Below the pieces are notes generated by a model, which was not told where the DNA came from, searched no databases, and saw only the letters and a program-made list of their open reading frames with translations. From Octopus sinensis (taxonomy: Eukaryota), in contig NC_043009.1 of NCBI RefSeq assembly GCF_006345805.1, forward strand, positions 40,114,001 to 40,178,000: DNA of 64,000 nt, read 5' to 3'. The position numbers and the translations under genes were made by a program. The stretch's first letter is position 1. Every line of letters begins with the position of its first letter. This document shows, one piece after another, positions 38,091 to 50,702 of this stretch.

Positions 38091-38367
38091 TGTTGTGTCT
38101 AGGGAGAGTCATTTTCTTTTTGTGCCTTATAATGTAACACACTCACCGGTAAAATTTCCGCTTTTTTTTCTTATTTTCATTTTCCTAAAATTTTCGTTGC
38201 GTCTTACAACCTTTTCAATAGTCTTGACGCAATAGACTATTGAAAAGGTTTCAGGACGCAACGAGAATTTTAGGAAAATAAAAATAAGAAAAAAAAGTGG
38301 AAATTTTACCGGTGAGTGTGTTACATTATAAGACACAAAAAGAAAATGACTCTCCCCAGACACAACA
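38091..38367. mobile_element. 277-bp palindromic fold-back with variant hammerheads
   Basis: Arms 38091-38224 and 38234-38367; 9-nt loop TGACGCAAT. Confidence 0.95.
38185..38221 (-). ncRNA. Minimal hammerhead variant with U3-A8 in place of C3-G8
   Basis: CTA-TTGAAAA-G-GTTGT(AAGAC)GCAAC-GAA-AATT-T-TAG; the mirror copy (38237-38273, plus) has GAGA in place of GAAA. Confidence 0.55.
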
Positions 38368-38944
38368 TTAAATTATAATGATGTATGCCATATTTCCTGA
38401 TATCACCTACGGTGGTAGAATATCCTTTTAAAGTTACCAGTCATATGACAGGCAACTCTCTAGTTCATTTATAAATTTTCTAAACCGTCAGCTGTTTTTA
38501 CAGATGATATTGCAAACTATATTACAAACAGGCAGAGCGATTCAGAGGAAAATAAAAGAAAGCACAGAAGTAAGTGTACAATTCCAGATGTAGCCGAAAT
38601 TGTTATGATTTCTAATCAACAACTGACGAAGGGATAACTTTATACTATGTTTCAGTTTTACTTGTAAAAATCCTTGCTCGCCTATACTATTTTCGTCACA
38701 CACATATGTGTGTGTTTTATGTGTATTTGAGAATATGTATATATGTATGTGTGTGCGTGCGGTTATGCTTCATTGCATACATGTTTATGTTCAAGATTGA
38801 TACTGCAACATAATTTCTTTTCCTCAACTGCCCTGCCCTATTTAACATTATCCCGAGGGAGATCAAAGAGGAAAAGGATCCCATCAACTTTAAATAGAGT
38901 CTGGATAGATTCCTTCAAAGAATACCAGATAAGCCACCCATAAT

Positions 38945-39030
38945 TGGATACAACTCACCCAACAAGAACTCACTACTTGAACAAAACTGGATACAACTCA
39001 CCCAACAAGAATTCACTACTTGAACAAAAC
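38945..39030 (+). repeat. 43-bp direct tandem duplication
   Basis: TGGATACAACTCACCCAACAAGAA(C/T)TCACTACTTGAACAAAAC twice, with one mismatch. Confidence 0.95.
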
Positions 39031-39195
39031 TTGACTTAAACAGGATTCGAATAATCCTATCAGGTGGTGCTATTAAGTTAGACATGGCCTGGACCAATCT
39101 TTGGTCGAAACATATCTAAGTTTATCTAAGTTTATATATATCGTAATTCCTTCTGAGGATTTCACACCTGGTTTCGAACAGCAGGTTGCCTAGAT

Positions 39196-39411
39196 CAGTG
39201 CTTTTCAAACTTTTTTCTGGGGTGGAACCCCAAGGAAACATTCCACTACTCGAGGAACCCCTGTGCAATAATTTATAGTCTTAAGCACACATATCTGCAC
39301 AGGAGAATTAAAAATTACTGCCGATTTTAGCAGTTTTGTAACTTCTTGCGGAACCCCTGGACTGTATTGGCGGAACCCTAAGGTTCCGCGGACCCTGATT
39401 GAAAACCACTG
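39196..39411. mobile_element. hAT (Charlie-like) MITE
   Basis: TIRs CAGTGCTTTTCAA and TTGAAAACCACTG; exact 8-bp TSD GCCTAGAT at 39188-39195 and 39412-39419. Confidence 0.9.
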
Positions 39412-40103
39412 GCCTAGATCTTCTTAGTTTCATTATCATGAACTGAATTGAATGTATTTCACGTTTGTGTTGCTTCTTATGATCTAATTGAGTTTCTCTT
39501 GACATTAGATATATTGACCATTAGCATATATATTCTAACAAAGTAAACAGTTGAGTCTGAGTTTCACCCTTAGTTGGGCTATCTTTGGGAGTGGAGGATC
39601 AGGAGAAAAATAAGAAGTATAAACAAGGTTCAGTTAGTGTCAGAGTGAAAAAGGTGTGAACATACATATATATATGTAAGTATGTATGTATGTATGTATG
39701 TATGTATGTATGTATGTATGTATGTATGTATGTATGTATGTATGTATGTATGTGTGTGTTTCACCAGTACTAGTATGTGCACACGATCTTCATCAACTCG
39801 TAAGTTACCTAAAGAGCAACAAAAGTTTGAATCGACCAAAGTAAAATATCATTAATCTCTACTATGGTATTGAGTACTCTTTTCCCAACAGTTAACACTA
39901 AACCGGAGTGTGTGTGCGTATACATATATACCGGTGTGTGTGTTCACAATCACACTCACTCACATACGCATATGTATGTACATGTAAAATATGCCTGTGA
40001 ATACATAGTAATTAAATAGCCATGAGTAAGATTAATAAACACACAATAACCCACATTGTATAAATAAATTCTTTACGTACACCTACATATATATACATAT
40101 ATG

Positions 40104-40179
<76 letters not shown>

Positions 40180-40482
40180 ATATATATAATATATATATAT
40201 ATATATAATATATATATAATATAATATATATATAATATAATATAATATAATATAATATAATATAATATGATATCGCATATTTGTATATGTGTATGTTGAT
40301 GTACGTATATAGTATGAAGTTAATTAAAATAGGAATTATTTCATTTCATCACCATCTCTGCATTATCATATGTTAATCAGACATATTTTCTGTGTGTTTT
40401 TTTTTTTTTGCTTTTTGTTTTTTTTATATTTATATATATTTCTGTTCTCAAATTTCTCTTCGTCATCATTTTTAAGAAAGAA

Positions 40483-40533
<51 letters not shown>

Positions 40534-40765
40534 CTTCTGTCTATTGTGCTTGTTCTTCTCCTTATTCGACAATTTTTCTGCCGACTCCTACTACTACTAC
40601 TACTACTACTACTAACTACTACTACTACCTACAATCCTCATCATCACGACTTATGCAACAACTACCACTGCCACTACTATTGCCAGCGTCAATGACACCA
40701 CCACAACTGCTACGACTATTATCACTATCATGCCCATCGAGATTACACAACCACCATCAGCACTG

Positions 40766-40823
<58 letters not shown>

Positions 40824-41380
40824 GACTACTACTACTACTACCACTACTACTAACTACCTTTCAAGTTTCTCTTTCCTTTTCATCTGCCATATGTCGCAGT
40901 ATTTTCTATATGACATGTGTACAGTTGAAAAACATAGTAGCAAACCCTTTGATCTACTATCTATTAAGAAGCTGGGAAACGGTAAGATAGTTGAAAATGT
41001 CGGCATATACAAGTAGTCAGAGAAAATAGATTGAAAAGAACGATAGCTATTGGTAACTGATATCTGGTCACATGATTAGCTGATGGGTGTAAAACCGAAA
41101 TGGAAAGGGCTTTCACAGTTCTCTACATGCTTTTAATTTATTGTATTATGTAACCTTATTCCTTCTGGCAATGTTTGTTTTAGCAAAAACATTCACTTCT
41201 ATCTTACTCCTTTTATGTGGGTTTTTGAATATACGTATGCGTGTGTATGCGTATAGGTAGGTATGTTTGTATGGATGTACGTATGTACTTATATGTACAT
41301 ATATATCTATGCATATCTAAACAAGTATATATATATATATCTGTAGGTATCCATTTACTATATTCCTCTCTCTTTTTTTG

Positions 41381-41460
<80 letters not shown>

Positions 41461-41590
41461 TATATATATGCATATATATACATATATATATATATATGTA
41501 TACACACATACATATATATGTATATATATATATGTATATATATGTACATATATATATGTAGTTATACATACATATACAAACCTATATATA

Positions 41591-41625
<35 letters not shown>

Positions 41626-41674
41626 GTATACATACTTTTGTAAGCCTATATATATTCACATATATACATATATA

Positions 41675-41726
<52 letters not shown>

Positions 41727-42598
41727 TGTATATATTTATATAAATTTGAATGTATATATATATAGATATATACTTACAAATGTGTGTATATATATAAACA
41801 TATACACTTACATATACACTCACACGCACACGCACACACACACACACACCTATTTCTGTCAAAATATTGAAATGACTGATCAAGATTATTAGATGTCGCA
41901 TAAGCAACCAACTCTGAAACAGCTGTAAGCTAATGTAAATGATGATATAATTGCTATTTTTCTTGTTATTTACTAATTAATATCTATAAATGTGTGTGTG
42001 AGTATGAGTGTGTAAATATGAATATTCAAGAGTGTTTGTACATACATATGTGTGTCCCTTTGTAAATACACACATAGAGACAGACGGCCGCACGCATATA
42101 TTCTAGCTACTGTATTCAGTGGAGTGCAACAACACTGGAATGTAGCGTTCAGGGATTTTTAATTATTTTTGCTAAATATAACGACAGCAGAACTTATGAC
42201 ACCTAAAAACGTTGACGAACACATGTGCAGACGCACCAGCGCACTTAAATCTGTATGTATGTATGTATGTATGTATGTATGTATGTATGTATGTATGTAT
42301 GTATGTATGTATGTAGGTAGGTAGGTAGGTAGGTAGGTATGAATGTAGGTATGTACACACACATACACGTTTAAAAAATGCTTCATTATAACTCTTTATA
42401 CGTCAGCAAAAATGTCAGTACATATACGTGATTCCGAGAAAAGAAAGTTTTATATATACACATGCTGATATATGACCTACGCTGGACTCCTTATTCGCAT
42501 AATCACCGAACCTGGAACTTAACTATGGTCTGTCCATAACACTTTCTCAGCACTACCTGACACCTTTGGGTCTTATTGACACCATTACCTCTCATCAC

Positions 42599-42651
<53 letters not shown>

Positions 42652-42656
42652 ATGTA

Positions 42657-42698
<42 letters not shown>

Positions 42699-43809
42699 AG
42701 AGAGCGCGAGAGAGATTATCTCTCTCTATACATTTATGTTCTCAGAGTTGATCGTCTCCACTTTTTGCTTTTTCATGCAGTGCTTGACTGTGATCACCTC
42801 AACAAAGGAAACAGTGAACAGTCTGGGTCAGACCCTCAAATTTTATGCAATAAAAGCATCTACCCATTCTAACCAGTTTCTCGAACTCTTTATCACTACT
42901 TGCAACCGTGCAGCACCCTATCGCACAAATTCTCTTCTATGCTATAATCCCGCACCTCCTCTCTCTTCCATTCAACTCCGCCAAGGTAGTTTAGTCTAAT
43001 CTGTTGAATACTATGCACAGGAATAAACGCGGTGAAATGTCCTTGCTGTTACATTGACATTAAGGAGACAAATATGAAGCTGCGTTGAATAAAAGATACA
43101 TATGTACAATGTTTGACACTTTCGTGAACACTCGGGCGTGGGAAGAACTTTCGGAGAGGAAATAGTCTCGAGAGAAAAGCAATCTCAGACAATATATTTG
43201 GGAAAGCACATCACTGGATTACGGATGCTGTCATCTAATTGTAGGACACATGCATTTCTGAGTCGTTACGAATTTGTATTTCACAACGGGAAGGCCTCTC
43301 TGCAGTAAAAGGTCTTCCACATCCGACTGTACAAGAACGTGTTAAATATGACGGTACTCTCATATGCACCATTTATCGCTACATTATATGCCTTTCGTTA
43401 ATAAATTCCAGTTCATCAAAGTTTCGCGCTCATCAGCAAATAAACTATTTGCACTTCTCATATGTATATATACATACATATATACATATATATCAAATAG
43501 ATGTCTTATGAAAAATATTCCGAACTTACAATAACAGCCATACCAACAACCCAACAATCAGCTGCCCCACGGATAGATAGATAGATATTCGTTTTTATTC
43601 TTTTACATATTTCAGTTATTTGACTGCGGCCATGCTGGAGCACTACCTTGCAGGGTTTTAATCGAACAAACCGACCTGAGAACTTATTCTTTGTAAGCCT
43701 ACTTATTCTATCGTTTACTTTTGCCGAACCGCTAAATTATGGGCACGTCAACACACCAATGCCGACTTTCAAGCGGTGATGGCGGGGACAAAAAGACACA
43801 AAGACACAC

Positions 43810-43852
<43 letters not shown>

Positions 43853-43883
43853 CAAAATAAGCAACAAGAATGACTCCGGTAAT

Positions 43884-43969
43884 TTGGAACAATTGTTTCG
43901 CACTACATCATTTTATTAAATGTTGTAAGTATTACAACAGATTTAAGATGCTGAGTACTCATCAGCCAA
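43884..43969 (-). ncRNA. Canonical type I hammerhead ribozyme (GUU)
   Basis: Minus strand TTGG-CTGATGA-GTACT...AGTGC-GAA-ACAATTGT-T-CCAA. Confidence 0.8.
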
Positions 43970-44070
43970 TCATAGAGGTTTTCAATTAATACAAAAGTCT
44001 GTATATCTACCTTCTCTATAATGTTGCCACTTGATTTTAAAACTTTTGTATTAATGGAAAACCTCTATGA

Positions 44071-44156
44071 TTGGCTGAAGAGTACTCAGCATCTTAAATC
44101 TGTTGTAATACTTACAACATTTAATAAAATGATGTAGTGCGAAACAATTGTACCAA
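44071..44156 (+). ncRNA. Canonical type I hammerhead ribozyme (GUA)
   Basis: TTGG-CTGAAGA-GTACT...AGTGC-GAA-ACAATTGT-A-CCAA; inner hairpin TGTTGTAA-TAC-TTACAACA. Confidence 0.8.
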
Positions 44157-44292
44157 ATTACCGGAGTCATTCTTGTTGCTTATTTTTATTATAATCACCC
44201 CACAAATTTTTATGGATAACACCATACAAAATTCTGGTACATCTAAATTAAGTACCATATTCATTCGAATCTAAATTTTTGCTGAACTTATA

Positions 44293-44378
<86 letters not shown>

Positions 44379-44524
44379 CACGACAAACATCTTTCAGTTT
44401 CCGCCTACCAGATCCACTCACAGGGCTTTGTTCGGCCCAAGGTGACATTCAATGGGACTGAACACAGAACCATGAGGTTAAGAAACGAGATTCTTACCAC
44501 ACAGTCACGACTGCGCCTGTATAT

Positions 44525-44638
44525 AATATTTAAAACAATTTGATTCGGTTCCTTGCTGCTTCAAGTTTCGCAGGCCACTAACAGGTGTCCGACTCCTTCA
44601 TGCTTCTTACGGAACCGAATCAAACTGTTTTAAATATT
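44525..44638. repeat. 28-bp inverted arms enclosing a decayed hammerhead-like spacer
   Basis: AATATTTAAAACAATTTGATTCGGTTCC and its reverse complement (1 mismatch); minus-strand spacer ATGA-A-GGAG...CTGC-GAAAC-TTGA. Confidence 0.7.
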
Positions 44639-44882
44639 GCATGTAACTCTTACTAGATGTGCTGAGTATCCTTTTCTTTCTTTTGTTCAATCACTCGCAT
44701 ATATATATATATATAAAATCAGCCGAAATTGCGAGGATGATCCTGTTCTTGACTGAAAATAGAAAGCTTCGAATGACCCGTCCTTGTTTTTTTGAATCGT
44801 CTATCTGGATATGTCTTGTTGTCCCTTTCTGTATCACCTAGTTGTCCGGATGTTTTGCGTTCTTGTCCCATTTTGTATTAGT

Positions 44883-45216
44883 ATACTTAAAATTAGATGG
44901 TCCGAACACATAGGCAATATGGAGCTATGGCTAAGAGCAAATCAAGTTTTCGATTAGGGAGCAGATATTTAAGAATAATCGGAAGTGGATTCGTAGCACA
45001 ATTAGAAAAGACACACCAAATGTAGCAAAAAGTGCTTTACAGTGGAATCCAGGTGGATATAGAAAGAAAAGTAGGTCTAATAACTCGTGGCGTAGATCAA
45101 CACAAAAGGAACTAGAGAAAGGGGGACATTCATGGCAGAATATAAATACAGAAGCGAAAAATTATGCGACATGGAATTCAACTATAAGTGGCCTATACTC
45201 CGCGTTGGAGGGTTAA
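44883..45216 (+). pseudogene. RTE-clade LINE ORF C-terminus, decayed
   Basis: ILKIRWSEHIGNMELWLRANQ, frameshift, then RKWIRSTIRKD...ALQWNPGGYRKKSRSNNSWRRS...ELEKGGHSW...AKNYATW...GLYS*. Confidence 0.85.
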
Positions 45217-46217
45217 ATGCTGAAATATATATTTAGCGGCGTACGTACACTTTGCTCTCTCTTATATATATATATATATATATATATGAACAACCGTTCA
45301 TGAAAGATTGATTCGGTGTTCATACCAAATGAAACAACGACGCAGAAACATATGAGTCCTGCGATCCGATGTCATTCGTAGCCCAATGATGTATTTTTAC
45401 ACATACTGACTACGAAGATAATTTTCTTCCGAGACTATTTCTTCGGCAACAAGTATTCCCAAGTTCGAGTGTTCACGAACGTATTAAATATGATTGTACA
45501 CATATATTTTACTCAAGTAATTTCAACTGACTGGACTATACCATTAAAATTCACCACGGTGGTTTAGTCTAATATCAGTAGGAAGTCTACATTTTACTTA
45601 AATACAATCTTCCTTAGGACAGAAAATAAGAATAGATTAGAAAGTTTACAGTTTAGGCTTGCGGCGTAAACTTGTCGAAAATCTAGAGTAGCAAAGAAAC
45701 TTCGTTTAGTTGGAAGAGACTAAGGCAGGAGGTTCCTGAATTAATTATATCCTACGGTTAAGTGACAACTAACCGGAATAGTAATTAATAATAAATCACA
45801 AGGTGGGCCGGTAGTAGTGATGTTGGTTGTGGTGGTCATAATGATGGTAATGTGCTGCAAAAAAAAAAAAGAAACATATGAGAATCAGTTAATTACGTGA
45901 GTCGATGGGAAAAAATATAATTGAACGGAACTAACAGACAAATTTGAAGAGACAGTTTTTACAAGACTCTCATCAGAAATGGAAGTGATGAAGAATATTA
46001 TTATAATGATTTTCCTACATTAAACGAGAATTCTTCATGTCGAATGTTCAGCAATGAATGCTCATATAAAGGAAATATCAGTTATTTGGTCACAGCTGTT
46101 TCGGCGCCGCTTATATGGCGTCGTTGATTCTACGCTAACTTATTTGGCATCACACATTTTAATGCTTTTCTCGTTGTCTCCTCTCTCTCTCTCTGTCTCC
46201 CTTTCAATCTATCTGTC

Positions 46218-46259
<42 letters not shown>

Positions 46260-47164
46260 TTTGTGTGTTAGCATATTTCTTTTTACGTGTATGTCGAGAG
46301 GGAAAGTGTTTATGTCAATCGTGTTTAAGTAATAGGCTGTTCAATTCATAAATTGCAATATCTCTCTCTCCTTCCTTATCTGTCTCCTCTTTATCTTCTT
46401 CTCTCTCTATTTCCCTCTCTTGCTATCTGTATGGGTTATATTTCGCGTTCGTGGATGCGTGCATATGTCTGTGTATGGCTTCCGCCAATTCCAAGAATTA
46501 CTGTCTCCAAAAATGCTGAATATGCCGTCAGCTCTTCTAAACCATCTGTGTCCAAATGGCTGGACTAAATCATTTTATTCCATTTATAATGTTGCCCCAA
46601 AGTTAAGGAGGTTGGCTCAGTATTTCAAATAGTAACCGGGACCTTGCACTAATTTTAAAATCTTGTGATCTCCCTTCTGCCATACAGTGGCACCATATGG
46701 AATTTCCTTTCTGCAAGTTCACTATTGAAAAACAAAACCGTTAACTGTCAGTGTCATGATGTAATCACTCTCCTGCCTAGAAGTAACCACCAAATCTCCC
46801 TCAAATTGAATCTACCAGTTATAAATTATAAGTAGAAATCAATTTGGATAATGTTGTACTGGGTTCCCAGTAAGTAGGAAGAAGATGAGATGGTCACGGC
46901 TGGAACATAAAAAACGAGAACGGTCGCATCTGTTAAAGAGCATTCGTTTGTTAGTTACCCTCTGTCACGTGGTGGCTCTACCCGCTAGATAAAACTGCCA
47001 AATCTCCCTTAAATCAAACGCTAACAAAACAAAAATCAAAACAACAACAAACATGGCTGACGCTGGATAATGTGGTGTTGGGTTTTCACATCAGACATCT
47101 TTTATTTTTAAGTCGTCTCGATCAGGGTTGACCAAGGATTTGTTAAACTATAATAACAGCAACA

Positions 47165-47420
47165 GTGAAGTTGTGTTACTGGTTAGGGTAGTCGGCTCAC
47201 GTTAGTAAAGTCGTGAGTTCACTTCCTGGTGACATGTTGTGACTTTGCTGCTTCCCCAGTCCACTCAGCCGGCAAAAATGAATAGTAGCTGCATTACAAA
47301 GGACAATCCTTGTCACATTCTGTGTTGCGCTGAATCTCCCTGAAAACTACGTTAAGGGTACGCGTGTCTGTGGAGTGCTCAGCCACTTGCACGTTAAGTT
47401 CACGAGCAGGCCAGTTCCAT
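47165..47420 (+). mobile_element. SINE family C, decayed
   Basis: CCAGTCCACTCAGCCGGCAAAAATGA and CTGAATCTCCCTGAAAACTACGTTAAGGGTACGCG are shared with 54476-54797. Confidence 0.75.
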
Positions 47421-48821
47421 AACAGCAACAGCAACAATTCTTCATCCTTTGGTGTTTATTCTTTCTCTCTCCCTGTATGTAGGAAAAAAGATGGGATGGC
47501 CATGGCTGGAACCCTTTTGATCATAAGTCCGCTCTACTATGTTTGACCGGAATGTGGCTCAAACAACAACAACAACAACAACAGCCAGTTTCTTCCTTTA
47601 ATGCGTGTCGTTCTTCCTCTCCGGTCTCGCTCTCTTTCTGTAACTGCTCTTTTCCCCCTCTTCATCTCTCTCGTTTTCTCCTCCCTCTCTCTCTCACACT
47701 CTCTTACTCTTTTTCTCTCTCCTTTTCTCTCTCATTACGGTCTCTCCCTCTTTCTCTCTCTCTCTCTCTCACTGTCTCTTCACTAGCTCTATATTTTCAC
47801 ACAAATTTCACTCTTCTTTTCCTCTCCCCCTTCACTCACACTAATCTTTCTCTTTTCCTCTTTCTCTCCTTCTCTCTATCTATCACTTCGCTCACTCTAC
47901 CTTTCTTTTCACTCGCTCTAACCTCTTTCTCTTTCATTCCATCTCTTTACTCTCTTCTCATTCTCTCTAATCTCCCACCCTTTCTATCTATCTGTCTCCG
48001 TGGTCATATACTTTCACTTTCTCTCTTACGCTTTATCTCTCTCTATATATCTAATCTATTCTATATCATTTTATCTCTCTTTCCACTCATTACCACTCAT
48101 TACAATCTCTCTTTCTCTCTCTTCCTTACAAGCCAATGGTGTTTCTTCAATGAAAAGTTAAATGTAGAAACTATAACATAAAAGGCGATAAAAAAATTTA
48201 CTAGCTTGATTTCATTATAAAACAACAGTTATGAAACCATGTAAGGAGACTTTAATCGTCGTTATACATGATCTTACAAATAAATTTATTAATTCCTAAA
48301 AAAAATATACGGTAGAAATCTATTAACGAAGACAACTTAATTTAGAGTTTTACTTGTTGCTTACGTTTTTTTCCTAAATAAAATCCCATTTATATAAAGT
48401 TAATTTGATCATTTATAATTACACTGGACATAAATTAGTGTTCGTGTCGTGTGTGTTCACGCCTGTGTATATATGTGCCTGTGTGTGAGTGTTCACGCCT
48501 GTGTATGTATGTGCCTGTGTGTGCTTGTGTGTGTGTGATTGTGTGTGTTCTTCTGTGTTTGTTCGCGTGCGTGTGTGTATATGTGTGTGCGTGCGTTTGT
48601 GTATATATCCTGAACGTGCAAGAACGCCGCAAGGCCTAACTGTCGAGAAGTTTGTTTCCGCATCATGAGTTCCCGGGTTCTATCTCATTGTCCAGTACCT
48701 GGGGAATGTGTCTTTTTTTTAACCATAGACCCAGGTTGACCCAAGTCTTGTAGCCTTGTGAATAAAATTGACGTAACGGAAAGTAAGCTAGGCGGAAGTA
48801 CCAGTAGTAATTCAAAACCCT

Positions 48822-49230
48822 ACTTTTATTTCTTTACTGCCCACAAGAGGCTAAACACAGAGGGGACAAACAAGGACAGACAAATGGATTAAGTCGAATA
48901 TATCGACCCCAGTACTTATTTAATCGACCCCGAAAGGATGAAAGGCAATGTCGACCTCGGCAGAATTTGAACTCAGAACGTAACGGCAGACGAACTACCT
49001 ATTTCTTTACTACCCACAAGGGGCTAAACACAGAGGAGACAAACAAGGACAGACAGACAGATTAAGTCGATTATATCGACCCCAGTGCGTAACTGGTACT
49101 TAATTAATCGACCCCGAAAGGATGAAAGGCAAAGTCGACCTCGGCGGAATTTGAACTCAGAACATAAAGACAGACGAAATGCCAAGCATTTCGCCCGGCG
49201 TGCTAACGTTTCTGCCAGCTCGCCGCCTTT
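48822..49230 (-). mobile_element. Family-A SINE dimer
   Basis: Minus-strand junction AAAGAAATAG|GTAGTTCGTCTGCC near 48998. Confidence 0.85.
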
Positions 49231-49859
49231 CAAAACCCTAGTCTTGCCATGTACGTGTGTGTGTGGTGGATTATTCAATCATTGATGCGCTAATTAGCAG
49301 TTAATTAAGGTGATTGAGCAACGTGGTGAGCTGTCAGAATCGTTACCATGCCATGCATATGTTTAGCGGCATTTCATCAAGTGCCGGCGAGGCCGACTTT
49401 CCTCTCATCCTTCCGGGGTCGATGAAATAAGTACCAGATAAATACTGGGGTCGATGTAATCAACTTACCTCCTCCCACCAAGCTACTAGCCTTCTGCTAA
49501 AAACCATAACTAATTAAAATAATCGACCAACTAAATATTCACTATCGATATTGATGAGGATCTATTTTATTATTTTTTGCATATGTGTATGTACTTGTGC
49601 GTACCTGCATACATATAATTTTGTTCAAATCTGTGTGAATTTTTATACTTGAATGTGTTATACCGTGTGTAAAAGTATGTATGCGTGTGTGTGAGTTAAT
49701 GCATGAGTGTGTGTGTGTTCATGTATGAACTTGCGTCTATCTATGTGTGTGTTTGTATCTATCATTTTGTCATGATATAAAAAAAAAGGTAACACTAACT
49801 TCTGTTTTATTTGGATATTTGTTTGATCCAATGCAATGCTGTTGATAATAGTATGCATT

Positions 49860-50078
49860 CATTCACTTGATCTAGCAAATGAATACTCATCCTCGAATCC
49901 GACGAAGATCCATTTAATTTTTATATTTTTATATGCTTATACGTAACACGTGTGTACGTGTCTGTATATATACGAATATGAATGCACATTCATGCGTGCA
50001 TATTATTTTTTCGAGTATATGCGTGTATGTATATATATATGCTTTGTAAGTATATATGCATGTCCTATCATATATGTT

Positions 50079-50138
<60 letters not shown>

Positions 50139-50586
50139 GTATGTATATAATATATGCGCGCGTGGGTGTGTGTGCATATATATATGTATATATATATATA
50201 TTATATATATATATATTATATATATATATATGTATGTATATATATATGCTTTGTAAGTATATATGCATGTCCTATCATATATGTTATATATATATATATA
50301 TGTATGTATCATGTATCATGTATTTATATATGTATGTTATGTATATATATATGCATATGTGTATGTCTGAATGGGTGCGTACGTATGCATGTAAACCTTC
50401 AATTGTGAGCATTCTAGCGATTGTGTTGTCATCCTCGAACCCGACGAAGATCCATTTAATTTTTTATCTTCATATGCTTATGTGTATGACTGCATAATAC
50501 GTGTGTATGCGTCTATACTTATACGAACATGTATGTATATTTAAGCGTGCATATCAATTTTTTCGAGTCCAAGCGTGTATATATAT

Positions 50587-50617
<31 letters not shown>

Positions 50618-50670
50618 GTATGTATATATATATGCTTTGTAAGTATATATGCATGTCCTATCATATATGT

Positions 50671-50702
<32 letters not shown>

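Larger units (their letters stand above)
43847..44193. mobile_element. Fold-back element with two intact outward-facing hammerheads
   Basis: Arms 43847-43998 and 44042-44193 are nearly identical inverted copies; 43-nt spacer; left end at (AT)n. Confidence 0.92.
43605..44520 (-). mobile_element. Family-B SINE split at its internal (AT)n by a fold-back element
   Basis: 3' half 43605-43810 and 5' half 44379-44520. Confidence 0.8.

Noticed and set aside
38945-39030. CRISPR-like appearance of the 43-bp and 77-bp repeats
   Set aside because: The units are contiguous with no spacers, there are no cas genes, and the context is eukaryotic.
39148-39190. CTGAGGA...TTTC-GAAC and the similar CTGATGG-GT...ACC-GAAA near 41088
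   Set aside because: Multiple core defects and no consistent stem I.
43421-43436. Minus-strand CTGATGA-GCGC-GAAAC
   Set aside because: No NUH site or stem I/III complement downstream; it could be chance or a heavily deleted remnant.
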